Positions 39,839 to 50,369 are shown, counted from the first letter of the stretch. The stretch is 64,000 nucleotides of DNA from Acidobacteriota bacterium (GCA_046757405.1 JBHHYE010000008.1:1944-65943), one strand, 5' to 3'. Program-made: numbers and translations. The notes: generated from the sequence alone by a model not told the origin.

Positions 39839-41058
39839 TCGTAGTAACCCGAAGGAGCGTGCACGCGCAAGCCACGGCGGGCCATCCTGAAGTGCAGCCG
39901 ATGCCGCCGGGGCGGCCCTTCTTTCTCCGGTGCGAAGACGACTCGGTAGCGTCCCTTGAGGTGGCTGGCCAGTTTCTCGAATGTGGGCACAATGTCGCTG
40001 GGATCCCGGATGGTCCACTCCTCCCCCCCGGTGTCCCGGACCAGGGTTCGCATGCGCTTCAGCAGCCGTGTGGAATAGGACCAGTCTCCGGCCGGTCTGC
40101 GGCCGAAGCGGATCAGGTCGATGCGGATGTTGGCCCGCTGGATGACTTCGGCGACCTTCTTGTAGGAGAGCTCGCTGCCGGTGTCGAAAGTATCTGTGAA
40201 GACGGCGATGGAGCGCTGGCCCGGTTGCACATTGATGGATTCCACCGACCGCGCCAGGGCGTCGTAGAGATGGGAGCCGTATGGTCTCAGGTCCGGCAAG
40301 TCGTCCTGAAACCGGAACGTCAAGATGGTGGATCGATTCCCGATGTGGTCGGTGCCGAAGGGGGCGATCGTCTGGGTGGAACCGGCGAAAACGCTGACCT
40401 CCGTGCCGTCATCCGAGCTCATGAAAGAAATGAAACGGCTGGCAGCCCGGCGGATCTCGGGAAAATAGGGCACCGTGCTGCCGGACACATCCAGGAGAAG
40501 CTCGACCGCCAGGGGACGCTGGTCGAGAGCCACCTGAACCAGCGCTTCCTTGGCCCCATCGACTCTCATTTCGAAATCGCTGCGTTGAAGATCCCTGACG
40601 GGATTCTTGCGCCGATCGAGCACTCCAACCAGGAGGAGTTCCTTGGCGACGCGCCCCGTCCGCACATCCATTTCTTCGATGAAGCTCACGTACCGGGTGG
40701 TCGCGAAATCAGCGGCCAGGCGGCCCTGGTCATCCACGGCCTCCGCCCTCAAGGTATGCGACCTGAAAGACTGGCCGGCGTCGAAGGTGGTCTCGTAAGG
40801 CGGCGAGGCGAGGACCGCCACCTTCCGTCCGTTCACGAACAATCGCACCTGGACAATGCGCCGGCCGGTGGCGGCCTCCGCCTTGACGGCAAACCGGGTC
40901 GGGCCCGCGACGACCTGGTGTGGCGGCGGGGCGATGATCTGGACCCGGAGGGCGGAAGAGGACGGCTGCGTGGTTTCCTCTTGTGGGCGGGCGCTCCCAT
41001 CGGGCGCGGTTGCAAGAAGAACCAGGAGCAGGAGGCTGGATGCCATGGGGCGGCTCAT
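39835..41058 (-). CDS. von Willebrand factor A (VWA) domain protein with N-terminal Ig-like domain, secreted
   Basis: Signal peptide MSRPMASSLLLLVLLATAP, Ig-like stretch, and a VWA MIDAS motif LLLDVSGST. Start set at ATG 41058; the upstream part of the track ORF is Arg/Pro/Gly-rich. Confidence 0.65.
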   Translation of the reverse strand: MSRPMASSLLLLVLLATAPDGSARPQEETTQPSSSALRVQIIAPPPHQVVAGPTRFAVKAEAATGRRIVQVRLFVNGRKVAVLASPPYETTFDAGQSFRSHTLRAEAVDDQGRLAADFATTRYVSFIEEMDVRTGRVAKELLLVGVLDRRKNPVRDLQRSDFEMRVDGAKEALVQVALDQRPLAVELLLDVSGSTVPYFPEIRRAASRFISFMSSDDGTEVSVFAGSTQTIAPFGTDHIGNRSTILTFRFQDDLPDLRPYGSHLYDALARSVESINVQPGQRSIAVFTDTFDTGSELSYKKVAEVIQRANIRIDLIRFGRRPAGDWSYSTRLLKRMRTLVRDTGGEEWTIRDPSDIVPTFEKLASHLKGRYRVVFAPEKEGPPRRHRLHFRMARRGLRVHAPSGYYD

Positions 41059-41792
41059 CCTGGCGCGACCTCCTTGCGGCGCCCGATCGGCGGCCCGGCC
41101 GCCTCCAGCACGGGGTTCTGGCCCGGAAGGAGGCGGCCACCGGAGAGGGCCAGCAGGTTCTGGCGGACCGTTTCTGCAAACTCGCGGTCGGTCCGCCGTC
41201 CCTCTCCGGGCGGTAGATGAGATGGGCCCGGCGAGAAGAGGGTCTGGCCGAAGAGAACCTCCACGGGACGGGCTCTCGGCAGGGCGCACCCCGGAGGCCA
41301 GGCATCGAATGCGCCCAGCAAGGCGATGGGAAGCACCGGGGATCCGGTGACACGGGCCAGGTGGGCGAAGCCGCGCCTGAAGGGCAGGACGCGGCCGTCA
41401 GGGCTTCGCTGCCCCTCGGGGAAAAGTTCCAGAATGTCGCCGGCGCGGAGCAGGCGGAGAACGGTCTTCACCGTTCGCACCGGAAAATCGTCTCCAACGG
41501 GCATTCCGCCGAAGTACCGGATCCCCGGGCCCAGGAGAGGATGGTCCATGTACGGGCGATAGACCAGGTAGCGCGGCCGGAGACGCAAGGCGGCGCCGAT
41601 GAGAAAGGGGTCCAGGTATGACGGGTGGTTGGCAACCAGAAGGAGAGGGCCGCTCTCGGGGACGCGCTCCAGACCGCGGTACCGAACGCGAAAAACCATG
41701 CCCGACACGGCACGAACCAGCCCGCGCAGCAGAGGGTAGGCAAGGCGTGAGCGGGCAGCACGGGATCTGGAATACGGATGGCCCAAGGGCAT
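41055..41792 (-). CDS. plsC: 1-acyl-sn-glycerol-3-phosphate acyltransferase (PlsC/LPLAT family)
   Basis: Acyltransferase motifs I NHPSYLDP (HX4D), III FPEGQRS and IV VLPIALLG. Confidence 0.8.
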   Translation of the reverse strand: MPLGHPYSRSRAARSRLAYPLLRGLVRAVSGMVFRVRYRGLERVPESGPLLLVANHPSYLDPFLIGAALRLRPRYLVYRPYMDHPLLGPGIRYFGGMPVGDDFPVRTVKTVLRLLRAGDILELFPEGQRSPDGRVLPFRRGFAHLARVTGSPVLPIALLGAFDAWPPGCALPRARPVEVLFGQTLFSPGPSHLPPGEGRRTDREFAETVRQNLLALSGGRLLPGQNPVLEAAGPPIGRRKEVAPG

Positions 41793-41959
41793 GAGTCTCC
41801 AAACGCCTCCCCCCTCCGAAAGCAAGCGTAAGCGGGCCCCGGTTGCCTTGTCAACGGAACATGCCGGGGAACATGCCGGGCCTGCGAGATTGATTCGCCC
41901 CGAGAGGACGTGTTAGGCTTCGTCGCCCGCCGGTCACGCCGGGGCCGAAGGGCGGGTCT

Positions 41960-42460
<501 letters not shown>

Positions 42461-42495
42461 ACATCGACCCGGCGATCCATGCGGATGGGCTCGGC

Positions 42496-43893
42496 ATGTT
42501 CAAGAAGATCCTAATTGCCAATCGCGGAGAAATTGCCCTGCGGGTCATCTGGGCCTGCCGGGAACTGGGCATCAAGACCGTCGCCGTGCATTCGGAGGCC
42601 GACAATGATTCGCTGCATGTCAAGTTCGCCGATGATGACGTGTGCATTGGGCCGGCACGCGCGTCGGAGTCGTATCTGAACGTGAGCGCGCTCATCGCCG
42701 CGGCCGAGATCACGGGCGCCGACGCGATTCACCCTGGCTACGGCTTTCTGGCGGAATCCGCCCATTTCGCCGAGGTGTGCGACGCTTGCAATCTGACGTT
42801 CATCGGTCCCAGCCCGAAAGTGATGTGGTTGATGGGGGACAAGGCCCGGGCGCGGGAAACCATGGCTCGCGCCGGAGTCGTCTGTGTTCCCGGCTCCGGG
42901 ATCATCGAGCGCGAGGCCGAGGCCGAGGCAGCCGCCGAGCGGTTCGGGTTTCCGTTGCTGATCAAGGCGGCGGCGGGCGGCGGCGGGAAAGGGATGCGGG
43001 TGGTGGGCAGCCGCGAGGAGCTGCTCCACCGCCTTCCCCAGGTCAGGAACGAAGCCGGACAGGCCTTTGGCTCCGACGCGGTCTACCTGGAGAAGTATCT
43101 GGATCGCCCGCGCCACGTGGAGTTCCAGATCTTCGGCGACGGGACGGGGCGCGTGGTCCACCTGGGCGAGCGGGAATGTTCCATCCAGAGACGCCACCAG
43201 AAGCTCATCGAGGAGTCGCCGTCGCCGGCGCTGGACGACGTCCTCCGGCGGAAGATGGCAACCGCAGCCGTCAAGGCGGCGCGGACCGTTCACTATACCA
43301 ATGCGGGTACGGTGGAGTTTCTCTTGGATGAAAACCGAGATTTTTTCTTCATCGAGATGAATACGCGTATCCAGGTGGAGCATCCGGTGACGGAGGGGGT
43401 CACGGGGACCGACCTGGTGAAGGAGCAGATCCAGGTGGCCAGTGGCGAACCGCTGTCATTCCGGCAGGAGGATGTCAGCCTGCACGGACATGCCATGGAG
43501 TGCCGGATCAATGCCGAGGACCCGGAGACCTTCGTTCCCAGCCCCGGCAGGATCACGGCCTTTCACATTCCCGGGGGCCCCGGCCTGCGGGTGGACACGG
43601 CGGCCCACACCGACTGCGTGATCTCCCCTTATTACGATTCCATGATTGCCAAGGTCATCACCCGGGGCGGCAGCCGGGAGGAAGCGCTGTCGCGCATGCG
43701 GCGTGCCCTGGACTCCTTCATTGTCGAGGGCATCAAGACCAGCATGTCTCTGCAGCTCCGCATTCTTTCCGATCCCGACTTCATCGCCGGCCGGTTCGAT
43801 ATTCATTTCCTGGAGCGCTTCCTCGCCCGCTCAGGCGCCCGAGGTGGCCTTGAAGGAGGAGAGGGCGGGAAGACGTCCACCCCGGCAGTGTGA
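42496..43893 (+). CDS. accC: Acetyl-CoA carboxylase biotin carboxylase subunit
   Basis: [25 protein letters not shown]...; ATP-grasp fold throughout. Confidence 0.95.
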   Translation: MFKKILIANRGEIALRVIWACRELGIKTVAVHSEADNDSLHVKFADDDVCIGPARASESYLNVSALIAAAEITGADAIHPGYGFLAESAHFAEVCDACNLTFIGPSPKVMWLMGDKARARETMARAGVVCVPGSGIIEREAEAEAAAERFGFPLLIKAAAGGGGKGMRVVGSREELLHRLPQVRNEAGQAFGSDAVYLEKYLDRPRHVEFQIFGDGTGRVVHLGERECSIQRRHQKLIEESPSPALDDVLRRKMATAAVKAARTVHYTNAGTVEFLLDENRDFFFIEMNTRIQVEHPVTEGVTGTDLVKEQIQVASGEPLSFRQEDVSLHGHAMECRINAEDPETFVPSPGRITAFHIPGGPGLRVDTAAHTDCVISPYYDSMIAKVITRGGSREEALSRMRRALDSFIVEGIKTSMSLQLRILSDPDFIAGRFDIHFLERFLARSGARGGLEGGEGGKTSTPAV

Positions 43894-43917
43894 ACCGCCC
43901 ACGGGTGGGGAGGCGAG

Positions 43918-45369
43918 GTGGCAAGAAGACGTGAGGAGTTCAGCAGCCGGTGGGGCCTGATCCTCGCCTCCCTGGGAATGGCCGTGGGGACGGGAAATAT
44001 CTGGCGCTTCCCTCGGGTCGTGGCGGAGAACGGCGGTGGATCCTTTCTTCTTCCCTGGCTCCTGGCCCTTTTCTTCTGGTCGATTCCTCTCCTCATGGTG
44101 GAGTTCGCCATCGGGAAGACGACCCGGAAGGGAACCATCGGGGCGTTCGCCCGGCTGCTGGGGAAGCGGTTCGCGTGGATGGGAGGTTTCGTCGGCGTTT
44201 GTACCCTGGCCATTCTCTTTTACTACTCGGTGGTGACGGGCTGGTGCCTGCGTTACTTCTTGTCAGCGGCCCTGGGCCGCCTGAGTGGAGACACGGAGTC
44301 TTTCTGGACCTCCTTCGCCGACGCCGGGGGATGGGAGCCCGTGCTGTTCCATGGCCTGGCGCTGGGGCTGGGCCTGATCATCATCGACCGGGGAGTGGTC
44401 AGGGGCATCGAGAGGGCGAACCGGGTGCTGATCCCGGCTCTCTTCCTCTTGCTCGGCGTGGCAGCGTTCCGTGCCGTGACGCTGGAGGGCGCGGCCCGCG
44501 GGCTGGAGTTCTTGTTCCGCCCCGAGCTCCACCGCCTCGCCGACCACCGGATCTGGCTGGCGGCTCTCTCCCAGTCGGCATGGTCCACGGGAGCGGGGTG
44601 GGGGCTGATCCTGACCTATGCGTGCTACATGCGCCGGGACGAGGACATCCCGCTGAATTCCCTGGTGGCGGGGCTGGGAAACAATTCGGCCTCCCTCCTG
44701 GCGGCCATGGCCATCCTCCCCACGGTCTTTGCGTTTCTCTCCACCCAGGAGGCCCTCTCGGTCATGAAATCGGGCAACAACGGGCTGGCTTTCATCTGGA
44801 TTCCCCGCCTCTTCGCCCGGATCCCCGCCGGAGGCGTCTTCGTGACCGTGTTCTTTCTGGCCCTGAGCGTGGCGGCTCTCTCTTCCCTCATCGCCATGCT
44901 CGAGCTGGGCGTCCGACTGTTCATGGACGCGGGGTTGAGCCGCCGGCGGGGGATCGTCGTGGTGGGATCGACCGCGTTCCTGCTGGGAATTCCCTCGGCC
45001 CTGTGGATGTCCGTGTTCGAGAATCAGGACTGGGTTTGGAGCGTCGGCCTGATCGTGTCGGGCGCCTTCGTGGCGTTCGCGGCGTTGCGCTACGGCGTGG
45101 ATCGCTTCCGGCAAGAGTGTATCAACGGTTTGGGCTCCGACCTGCGGGTCGGCAAGTGGTTCAATATTCTGCTGGTCGCGGTGATTCCCCTGGAATTCGG
45201 AGCAATGCTAGCCTGGTGGTTCTTTCTTTCGGTGACCGACTTCGATCGAACAGGATGGTGGAACCCATTTCATGTCAGTTCTGTGGGAACCTGCCTCTTG
45301 CAGTGGGGAGTGGTTCTCTCCTTGCTGGGGCTGTTCAACGCCCGGCTGGCGCGCTGGAGCCATTCATGA
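43918..45369 (+). CDS. Sodium-dependent transporter, NSS (SNF) family, copy 1
   Basis: NSS signature WGLILASLGMAVGTGNIWRFP...GGGSFLLPW and 11-12 TM segments. Confidence 0.85.
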   Translation: MARRREEFSSRWGLILASLGMAVGTGNIWRFPRVVAENGGGSFLLPWLLALFFWSIPLLMVEFAIGKTTRKGTIGAFARLLGKRFAWMGGFVGVCTLAILFYYSVVTGWCLRYFLSAALGRLSGDTESFWTSFADAGGWEPVLFHGLALGLGLIIIDRGVVRGIERANRVLIPALFLLLGVAAFRAVTLEGAARGLEFLFRPELHRLADHRIWLAALSQSAWSTGAGWGLILTYACYMRRDEDIPLNSLVAGLGNNSASLLAAMAILPTVFAFLSTQEALSVMKSGNNGLAFIWIPRLFARIPAGGVFVTVFFLALSVAALSSLIAMLELGVRLFMDAGLSRRRGIVVVGSTAFLLGIPSALWMSVFENQDWVWSVGLIVSGAFVAFAALRYGVDRFRQECINGLGSDLRVGKWFNILLVAVIPLEFGAMLAWWFFLSVTDFDRTGWWNPFHVSSVGTCLLQWGVVLSLLGLFNARLARWSHS

Positions 45370-45530
45370 GTCGTTCCGCCTGGATCGCCATGGGGACCAT
45401 CCTGGTCCTGGTGTGGGGGGGGTTCGCGGCCGCCGTGGGGCTGGCGATTTCGTACGAACGGAGAAAACATGAAAACCGCGCCCCGCGGACCTGTCCTCCC
45501 GGGCCGCCCGTTCCAGGGAAAGGGAGCTGA
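45366..45530 (+). CDS. Small single-TM protein between the NSS transporters (candidate MetS-like small subunit)
   Basis: 54 aa: MSRSAWIAMGTILVLVWGGFAAAVGLAISYERRKHEN.... Its ATG overlaps the stop of NSS copy 1 (ATGA) and its TGA overlaps the ATG of copy 2 (TGATG). Confidence 0.45.
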   Translation: MSRSAWIAMGTILVLVWGGFAAAVGLAISYERRKHENRAPRTCPPGPPVPGKGS

Positions 45531-46939
45531 TGGTGGAACGAGACGGGTCGGCTGCGGGACGAGGCGAATGGCGTAACCGCGCGGGTTTTGTGCTCGCGGC
45601 CGCCGGTTCCGCGATTGGCCTGGGGAACATCTGGCGTTTTCCTTCCGAGACCGCGCGCAACGGCGGGGCGGCTTTTCTGGTGGTTTATCTGGCCTGCGTG
45701 GCCTTGGTTGGCGTGCCGGTGATGCTTGCCGAGCTATCCATCGGCCGCCGCACGCGGCGGAATCCCGTCGGAGCCTTCATGATGCTGCGGCCGCGCACGG
45801 CCTGGCCGCTCCTGGGAGGACTTGGAGTCTTGACCGGGATTGCCATCCTTTCGTTCTATTCGGTGGTGGCCGGGTGGACGATCGGCTATCTGCTCAAGGC
45901 GGTCCGCGGGGATTTTTCCACGGTGGAGAAGGCTTCCCATGCCGAGAGCTTCTTCCGCCAGGCCGTGGGCAACGGGCACTGGAACCTTCTGCTCCACGGT
46001 CTGTTTCTCGCCTTGACGGTTTTCATCGTGGTCGGGGGGATCAAGAAGGGGATCGAGCTTGCCTCCCGGATCATGATGCCTGTGTTGCTGGTCCTGCTTC
46101 TGGGCCTGGTGTTTTTTTCCATCAGCCTGGAGGGCTCCGGGTCGGGCCTGTCGTTCTACCTGAAGCCGCACTGGAGCGATATCACGCCACAGGTCGTCGT
46201 CGCGGCAATGGGGCAGGCCTTCTTTTCTCTTTCCCTGGGAATGGGAGCCATGATCACCTACGGCTCGTACCTGAACCGGAAGGAGAACCTGCTCTCCTCC
46301 GCTTGTCTCGTGGCGGGGATGGACACTCTCATCGCTTTCCTGGCCGGGCTGGCCATCTTCCCCGCCTTCGCGGCGGCGGGAGCCAACCTGGAAGGTCTCG
46401 AGGGGGGAGCGGGCCTGATTTTTGTCGTGCTGCCCACGATCTTCTCCTCCATTCCGTTCCAGCCAATCGGCGGCATTCTGTTCGGCGGCGCCTTTTTTCT
46501 CCTGCTTTCCCTGGCTGCCCTCACCTCCACCATCTCGCTCCTGGAGGTGGGAGTTTCCTGGGCGGTGGACGAGTTGCGCTGGACCCGGCTCAAGGCGTCG
46601 ATTCTCCTGGGCCTGGCCGCCTTCATGCTGGGGATCCCATCGGCCTTCGCCAATGGCGGAAGCCGGTTGTTCAGCGGAAAGCACTGGCTGGGCATGAATT
46701 TCATGGATGCCATGGCCATGATCTTTATCACGTACAGCCTCACGGTGGGCGCCTGGTTGATCTGCATCTTTGCCGGCTGGGTCTGGGGGACCAAGGCAGC
46801 CGCCGAGGAGGTGCGGGCCGGCTGCGAGAACGTGTCCCTGGTGCGTGCGTGGACCGTCCTGGTGCGCTATCTCTGTCCCCTTGCCATCGCCATCATCCTG
46901 GCGGTGATCTATTTCCGGCCCGGTGTCATCCCCACCTGA
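45530..46939 (+). CDS. Sodium-dependent transporter, NSS (SNF) family, copy 2
   Basis: NSS signature FVLAAAGSAIGLGNIWRFP...GGAAFLVVY; polytopic. Confidence 0.85.
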   Translation: MVERDGSAAGRGEWRNRAGFVLAAAGSAIGLGNIWRFPSETARNGGAAFLVVYLACVALVGVPVMLAELSIGRRTRRNPVGAFMMLRPRTAWPLLGGLGVLTGIAILSFYSVVAGWTIGYLLKAVRGDFSTVEKASHAESFFRQAVGNGHWNLLLHGLFLALTVFIVVGGIKKGIELASRIMMPVLLVLLLGLVFFSISLEGSGSGLSFYLKPHWSDITPQVVVAAMGQAFFSLSLGMGAMITYGSYLNRKENLLSSACLVAGMDTLIAFLAGLAIFPAFAAAGANLEGLEGGAGLIFVVLPTIFSSIPFQPIGGILFGGAFFLLLSLAALTSTISLLEVGVSWAVDELRWTRLKASILLGLAAFMLGIPSAFANGGSRLFSGKHWLGMNFMDAMAMIFITYSLTVGAWLICIFAGWVWGTKAAAEEVRAGCENVSLVRAWTVLVRYLCPLAIAIILAVIYFRPGVIPT

Positions 46940-47447
46940 TGGCCCCGTCTGGCTGATTGGCTTTCCGGGGGCCGGAAAGACCACCGTGGGCCGGCTGCTG
47001 GCTCGCTTGCTCGAGCGTCCCTTCGTCGACCTCGATACCCTCATCGAGGAGCAGGCGGGCTGTAGCATCGCACTCCTCTTTTCCCGGGAGGGCGAAGAGC
47101 AGTTCCGTCGGCACGAGATGCGGGCGGTGGCCGGCATCGTCCAGGGGAAAGGCCCGTCTCCGGTGGTGGCGTGCGGCGGCGGCCTGGTGAGCCGCAAGGC
47201 CAACCGGGAGCGGCTGGCGGCTTCCGGTCCCGTGTTCTGGCTGGATGTTCCGTGGGAAGAGGCGGCCCGGCGTTGCGCCCTCCAGGCCTCCCCCAGACCG
47301 TTGCTCGGCGACCCGGCCGCATTCCGCCGGCGTCTCCCGCGGCGCCTGTTCCACTACCGCGCCCTGGGGAGGCGGGTCGATGCGCGCCTGCCTCCCGGGG
47401 AGATTGCCGGACGGATCATGGAACTGCTCCAGCATCCTGGCGATTGA
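46923..47447 (+). CDS. aroK: Shikimate kinase
   Basis: P-loop LIGFPGAGKTTVGRLLA and the shikimate-binding region. GTG start overlaps the end of NSS copy 2. Confidence 0.8.
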   Translation: MSSPPDGPVWLIGFPGAGKTTVGRLLARLLERPFVDLDTLIEEQAGCSIALLFSREGEEQFRRHEMRAVAGIVQGKGPSPVVACGGGLVSRKANRERLAASGPVFWLDVPWEEAARRCALQASPRPLLGDPAAFRRRLPRRLFHYRALGRRVDARLPPGEIAGRIMELLQHPGD

Positions 47448-47555
47448 GACCGTCTCTGTCTCTTCATGGGACAGAGGGGCACCTGCACTGTCCTCTTCCG
47501 GGTCAGGGGAATCGACGCCCGCTCCGCCGCACGGGATACTGAGGAACGGACTCGC

Positions 47556-47571
47556 CTGGCATCCGGTTTGC
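47556..47571 (+). promoter_or_regulatory. Sigma54 (-24/-12) promoter candidate upstream of minor-pilin operon
   Basis: cTGGCATccggtTTGCt matches the TGGCAC-N5-TTGCW consensus with GG and GC correctly spaced. Confidence 0.5.
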
Positions 47572-47587
47572 TCACCCTCCGGCCGGC

Positions 47588-48109
47588 ATGCAAAGGATCT
47601 CGAAACCGCGGACGGGCCGCTGGAGTCCCCCCGGGAGGGTCTTCTCCGGCCGGTTCCCGGCAAGACGCCGCCTGGGCGGGCCCCGCGGTCCTGGCCGGGT
47701 GGCGCCCACGGGGCAGAGGGGCTTCACGCTTCTGGAGACCTTGGTGGCCATGGTTGTTCTCAGCCTGGCCCTCATGTCGGCAGCTCGGCTCACGGTCGAG
47801 GCCGCACAGATCGTGGAGCGTGCGGTTCGGGGCACCGAGGCGCTGGCCCTTGCGTCCTCGGTGAGCGAGGTGCTGCAGGCGGCCCCGGCAGACGCTCCCT
47901 GGGTCGCTCCGGGAGGGGCGCTCGACCGGCCGGTCTCCTCCTCGGATGGCAAGTGGTTCCTGGATGCCGGCCGGTTTCAGGTCCGCTGGCGCGTCGAGAG
48001 CGCCGGGCCCTCCCTGCGACGCATTCATCTCGCCGTGGTGGACCGGTCCGCCAGCCGGGCCGCCGCGTCCATGGTCATCGAGAGTGTGCTTCTCAGGTCT
48101 TCCCGGTGA
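47588..48109 (+). CDS. Prepilin-type N-terminal cleavage/methylation domain protein (minor pilin/pseudopilin 1)
   Basis: GQRG|FTLLETLVAMVVLSLAL carries the class III signal motif with E at +5. ATG 47588 gives an unusually long 45-aa leader; the in-frame GTG 47699 (VAPTGQRG|F...) would give a typical 8-aa leader. Confidence 0.65.
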   Translation: MQRISKPRTGRWSPPGRVFSGRFPARRRLGGPRGPGRVAPTGQRGFTLLETLVAMVVLSLALMSAARLTVEAAQIVERAVRGTEALALASSVSEVLQAAPADAPWVAPGGALDRPVSSSDGKWFLDAGRFQVRWRVESAGPSLRRIHLAVVDRSASRAAASMVIESVLLRSSR

Positions 48110-48960
48110 AGCCGGACAGAACGAGACAGGCCCAGTCCGGCTCGGTGCTCCTGGAGTCCCTGGTCTCCCTCGCCCTGGGGCTGATCGTGATCGCCGTGGC
48201 CTTGCCTTTGCTCCTCTGGTCGCGCTGTGCGGCAGCCGACACGGCGGATCGCGCCGCGCGGGCCGATGGCGCGCGGCTGTCCGTGCTGCGATTGATCCGC
48301 GAATCGCGACGGGCCGGGTTCGGACTGGCGGGCGAGATGGAGGCCTTCAGGGTCGCGGAGACCGGTGACCGGGTCTCCTTGGTTTTTCTCGAAGGGGGTT
48401 TCCGTGGCGGCCTTCCCGTGTTGGAGCCCGCCCCCTCCGGGGCCCGCTCGATCGTCCTGGGCGCCCTGGGGACGCTCCGCGCCGGGGACGAGGTGGCCCT
48501 GCGGGATCGGGAGGGGCGCTTCGCCTCCGGGAGGATCGAGAGATTGACCCGGGATCCGCTCACGGTGGTTCTGGCGGCGGGTCTTCCTTTTCCGGTGTCG
48601 CCCGAGAGTGGCGCGCGCCTTTATCGCGTGTGCCGGAGGGAATGGCTTCTGGCAGGCGGCGTCTTGCGAAGGGATGGACAGCCCATCCTGGATCCTCCCG
48701 TCGGTTTCTCCCTCACCGCCGGGGCCGGCGCCCCGGACGAGGCCTTATCCTGGGTGGTCGCCAGGGGGCTTGCCGGTTCGCCGGGAAGTGTGGCCGGGCC
48801 GCTCCTGATGGCACAGCTGACGGTGGGGAGCGGCCGCCCAGGCCAAGCGGCTCCAGGATCTCCGTGCGCCGGCCATGCGCTCCGGGAAGTCCGCCTTCCG
48901 GTGGTGGTCCAGCCCCAGCATGGCTGGCCGGAGAATCTCGCTGCGAGTCCGTTGCCATGA
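48106..48960 (+). CDS. Prepilin-type minor pilin 2 (PilW-like)
   Basis: GTG start overlaps the upstream stop (GTGA). QSG|SVLLESLVSLALGLIVIAVAL has E at +5. Confidence 0.6.
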   Translation: MKPDRTRQAQSGSVLLESLVSLALGLIVIAVALPLLLWSRCAAADTADRAARADGARLSVLRLIRESRRAGFGLAGEMEAFRVAETGDRVSLVFLEGGFRGGLPVLEPAPSGARSIVLGALGTLRAGDEVALRDREGRFASGRIERLTRDPLTVVLAAGLPFPVSPESGARLYRVCRREWLLAGGVLRRDGQPILDPPVGFSLTAGAGAPDEALSWVVARGLAGSPGSVAGPLLMAQLTVGSGRPGQAAPGSPCAGHALREVRLPVVVQPQHGWPENLAASPLP

Positions 48961-50369
48961 AACCGCCGGGTGCCGCGGGTGGAGCGCTTCCGGCGGCCCT
49001 GGTCCTGCTCCTGGTCTTGACCCTGGTGGCGACGCATCTGTCGTTGATGGCGCTGACCGCCCGGCTCGGCGTTGCCCGCGCCGCGGCCGGGGACCAGAGC
49101 TACCGGATCGCGGAGGGGCTGATCCTCCTGGCGGCCACCAAGAACGCGGGGGCGCTGGCCGCTTCCCTTGCGGATGGCACGCCTCTTGGCCTGGACATGG
49201 GGGTTCTGGGTCAACCGAGGTCCGCCGGGTCGGTCCGGGTCATGGATGACCTGGATGGTGACGGGGATCCGGCCGTGGACGCCAACGGAAGACTCTTCCT
49301 GACAGCGGAAGGCCGGTTTCCAGTGGGCGGGGTGATCCGCGCCAGCCGCCGGGTTCTGAGCCAGGAGGCCCTGGTGGGCGGGTTGACTCCCTTGCCGGCC
49401 GCCATCGTGGACTGCCAGGGCCTCGCGGCGATGTGCGGGGGGACGGCCGGGTGCCCGGTCCCGGCTTCCCGCGTGGACGGCGGCTCACGGCCCGCCCTGG
49501 CGGCGACCGCCACCGGGCAAGACCGCCTCCGGCAGCGCCTGTTCCTCCTCTATCGGGAGATCCTCCGCGCCGCCGATCTCAGGTGCGGCACCGGGTCGTC
49601 AGCCTGCACCCCAGACGATGAGGACCTGAGGCGGGCCGCCAGCACCGACGTGCTCCGGGCGATGGAGGATCCGTCCGCAGATGCGCTGGGCCTTGACTCC
49701 CTGGAAATGAGCCGGCTCATTTCCAACCTCTTGATGCTGTCCGGGGATGAATCGGGAGCCGGCACCGCCGTCTGGTTCGACGGATCGGCGCGGCCGGTCA
49801 CCGATCGAGCTTTGCTGGTGGCTGCCACGGAGAATCTCGGCCGGCCGGCGGGGCATGTCCCCGATCTGGCCGGGCATCCCGTGACCCTCCTTCTGGAGGC
49901 GGGCAAACCGCTGGGTTCCGATGGCGGGCTCTGCCGCCGTCTCGCGGCCCTGTTGCCGGCCGCCATGGTCCGCGCCATGGAGATCCCGGCCGCGGCCATC
50001 GGCCCGGCTCCGGGGCCGCCTCCCGCGAGAGGCACCTTCGTTCTGAGCCGCGACCTCCGCCTGGAGCCGGGCCAGGCCCTGGCTGGAGAAGGGCTCCTGG
50101 TGGTGGAGGCCACCCTGCGGATCGATACGGGCGCGGAAATCCACTGGTCGGGCGCTCTCGTGCTCGCCGGCGGGCGCATCCAGGGCCCCGGAATCGTGCA
50201 GGTGGAAGGCGGTGTCCTGGACAGCGGCCGGCGGGCGGATGGCTCCCCGGGGCTCGACCTGTCGGCAAGCCAGTGGCAGGTGCAGGCCGACCCGGCGCGA
50301 AACGCGGCCGCCTGGGCTCCGGCCGGAACGGTTCTCCTGTCGTCGTGGGAGGAGGTGCCGGGAGAATGA
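48957..50369 (+). CDS. PilX-like minor pilin with large C-terminal domain
   Basis: ATG overlaps the upstream stop (ATGA). N-terminal hydrophobic helix MKPPGAAGGALPAALVLLLVLTLVATHLSLMAL; a ~420-aa soluble domain follows. Confidence 0.55.
   Translation: MKPPGAAGGALPAALVLLLVLTLVATHLSLMALTARLGVARAAAGDQSYRIAEGLILLAATKNAGALAASLADGTPLGLDMGVLGQPRSAGSVRVMDDLDGDGDPAVDANGRLFLTAEGRFPVGGVIRASRRVLSQEALVGGLTPLPAAIVDCQGLAAMCGGTAGCPVPASRVDGGSRPALAATATGQDRLRQRLFLLYREILRAADLRCGTGSSACTPDDEDLRRAASTDVLRAMEDPSADALGLDSLEMSRLISNLLMLSGDESGAGTAVWFDGSARPVTDRALLVAATENLGRPAGHVPDLAGHPVTLLLEAGKPLGSDGGLCRRLAALLPAAMVRAMEIPAAAIGPAPGPPPARGTFVLSRDLRLEPGQALAGEGLLVVEATLRIDTGAEIHWSGALVLAGGRIQGPGIVQVEGGVLDSGRRADGSPGLDLSASQWQVQADPARNAAAWAPAGTVLLSSWEEVPGE

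Noticed and set aside
38816-40018. 400-aa minus-strand ORF overlapping the secreted-protein gene
   Set aside because: Arg/His/Pro/Gly-rich composition typical of antisense ORFs in high-GC DNA. The plus-strand ORF has a clean signal peptide and balanced composition.
47245-48960. 571-aa ORF starting inside aroK
   Set aside because: Only its 3' third (from GTG 48106) is a plausible prepilin-like gene. The upstream part is an out-of-frame read-through of aroK and the first minor pilin.
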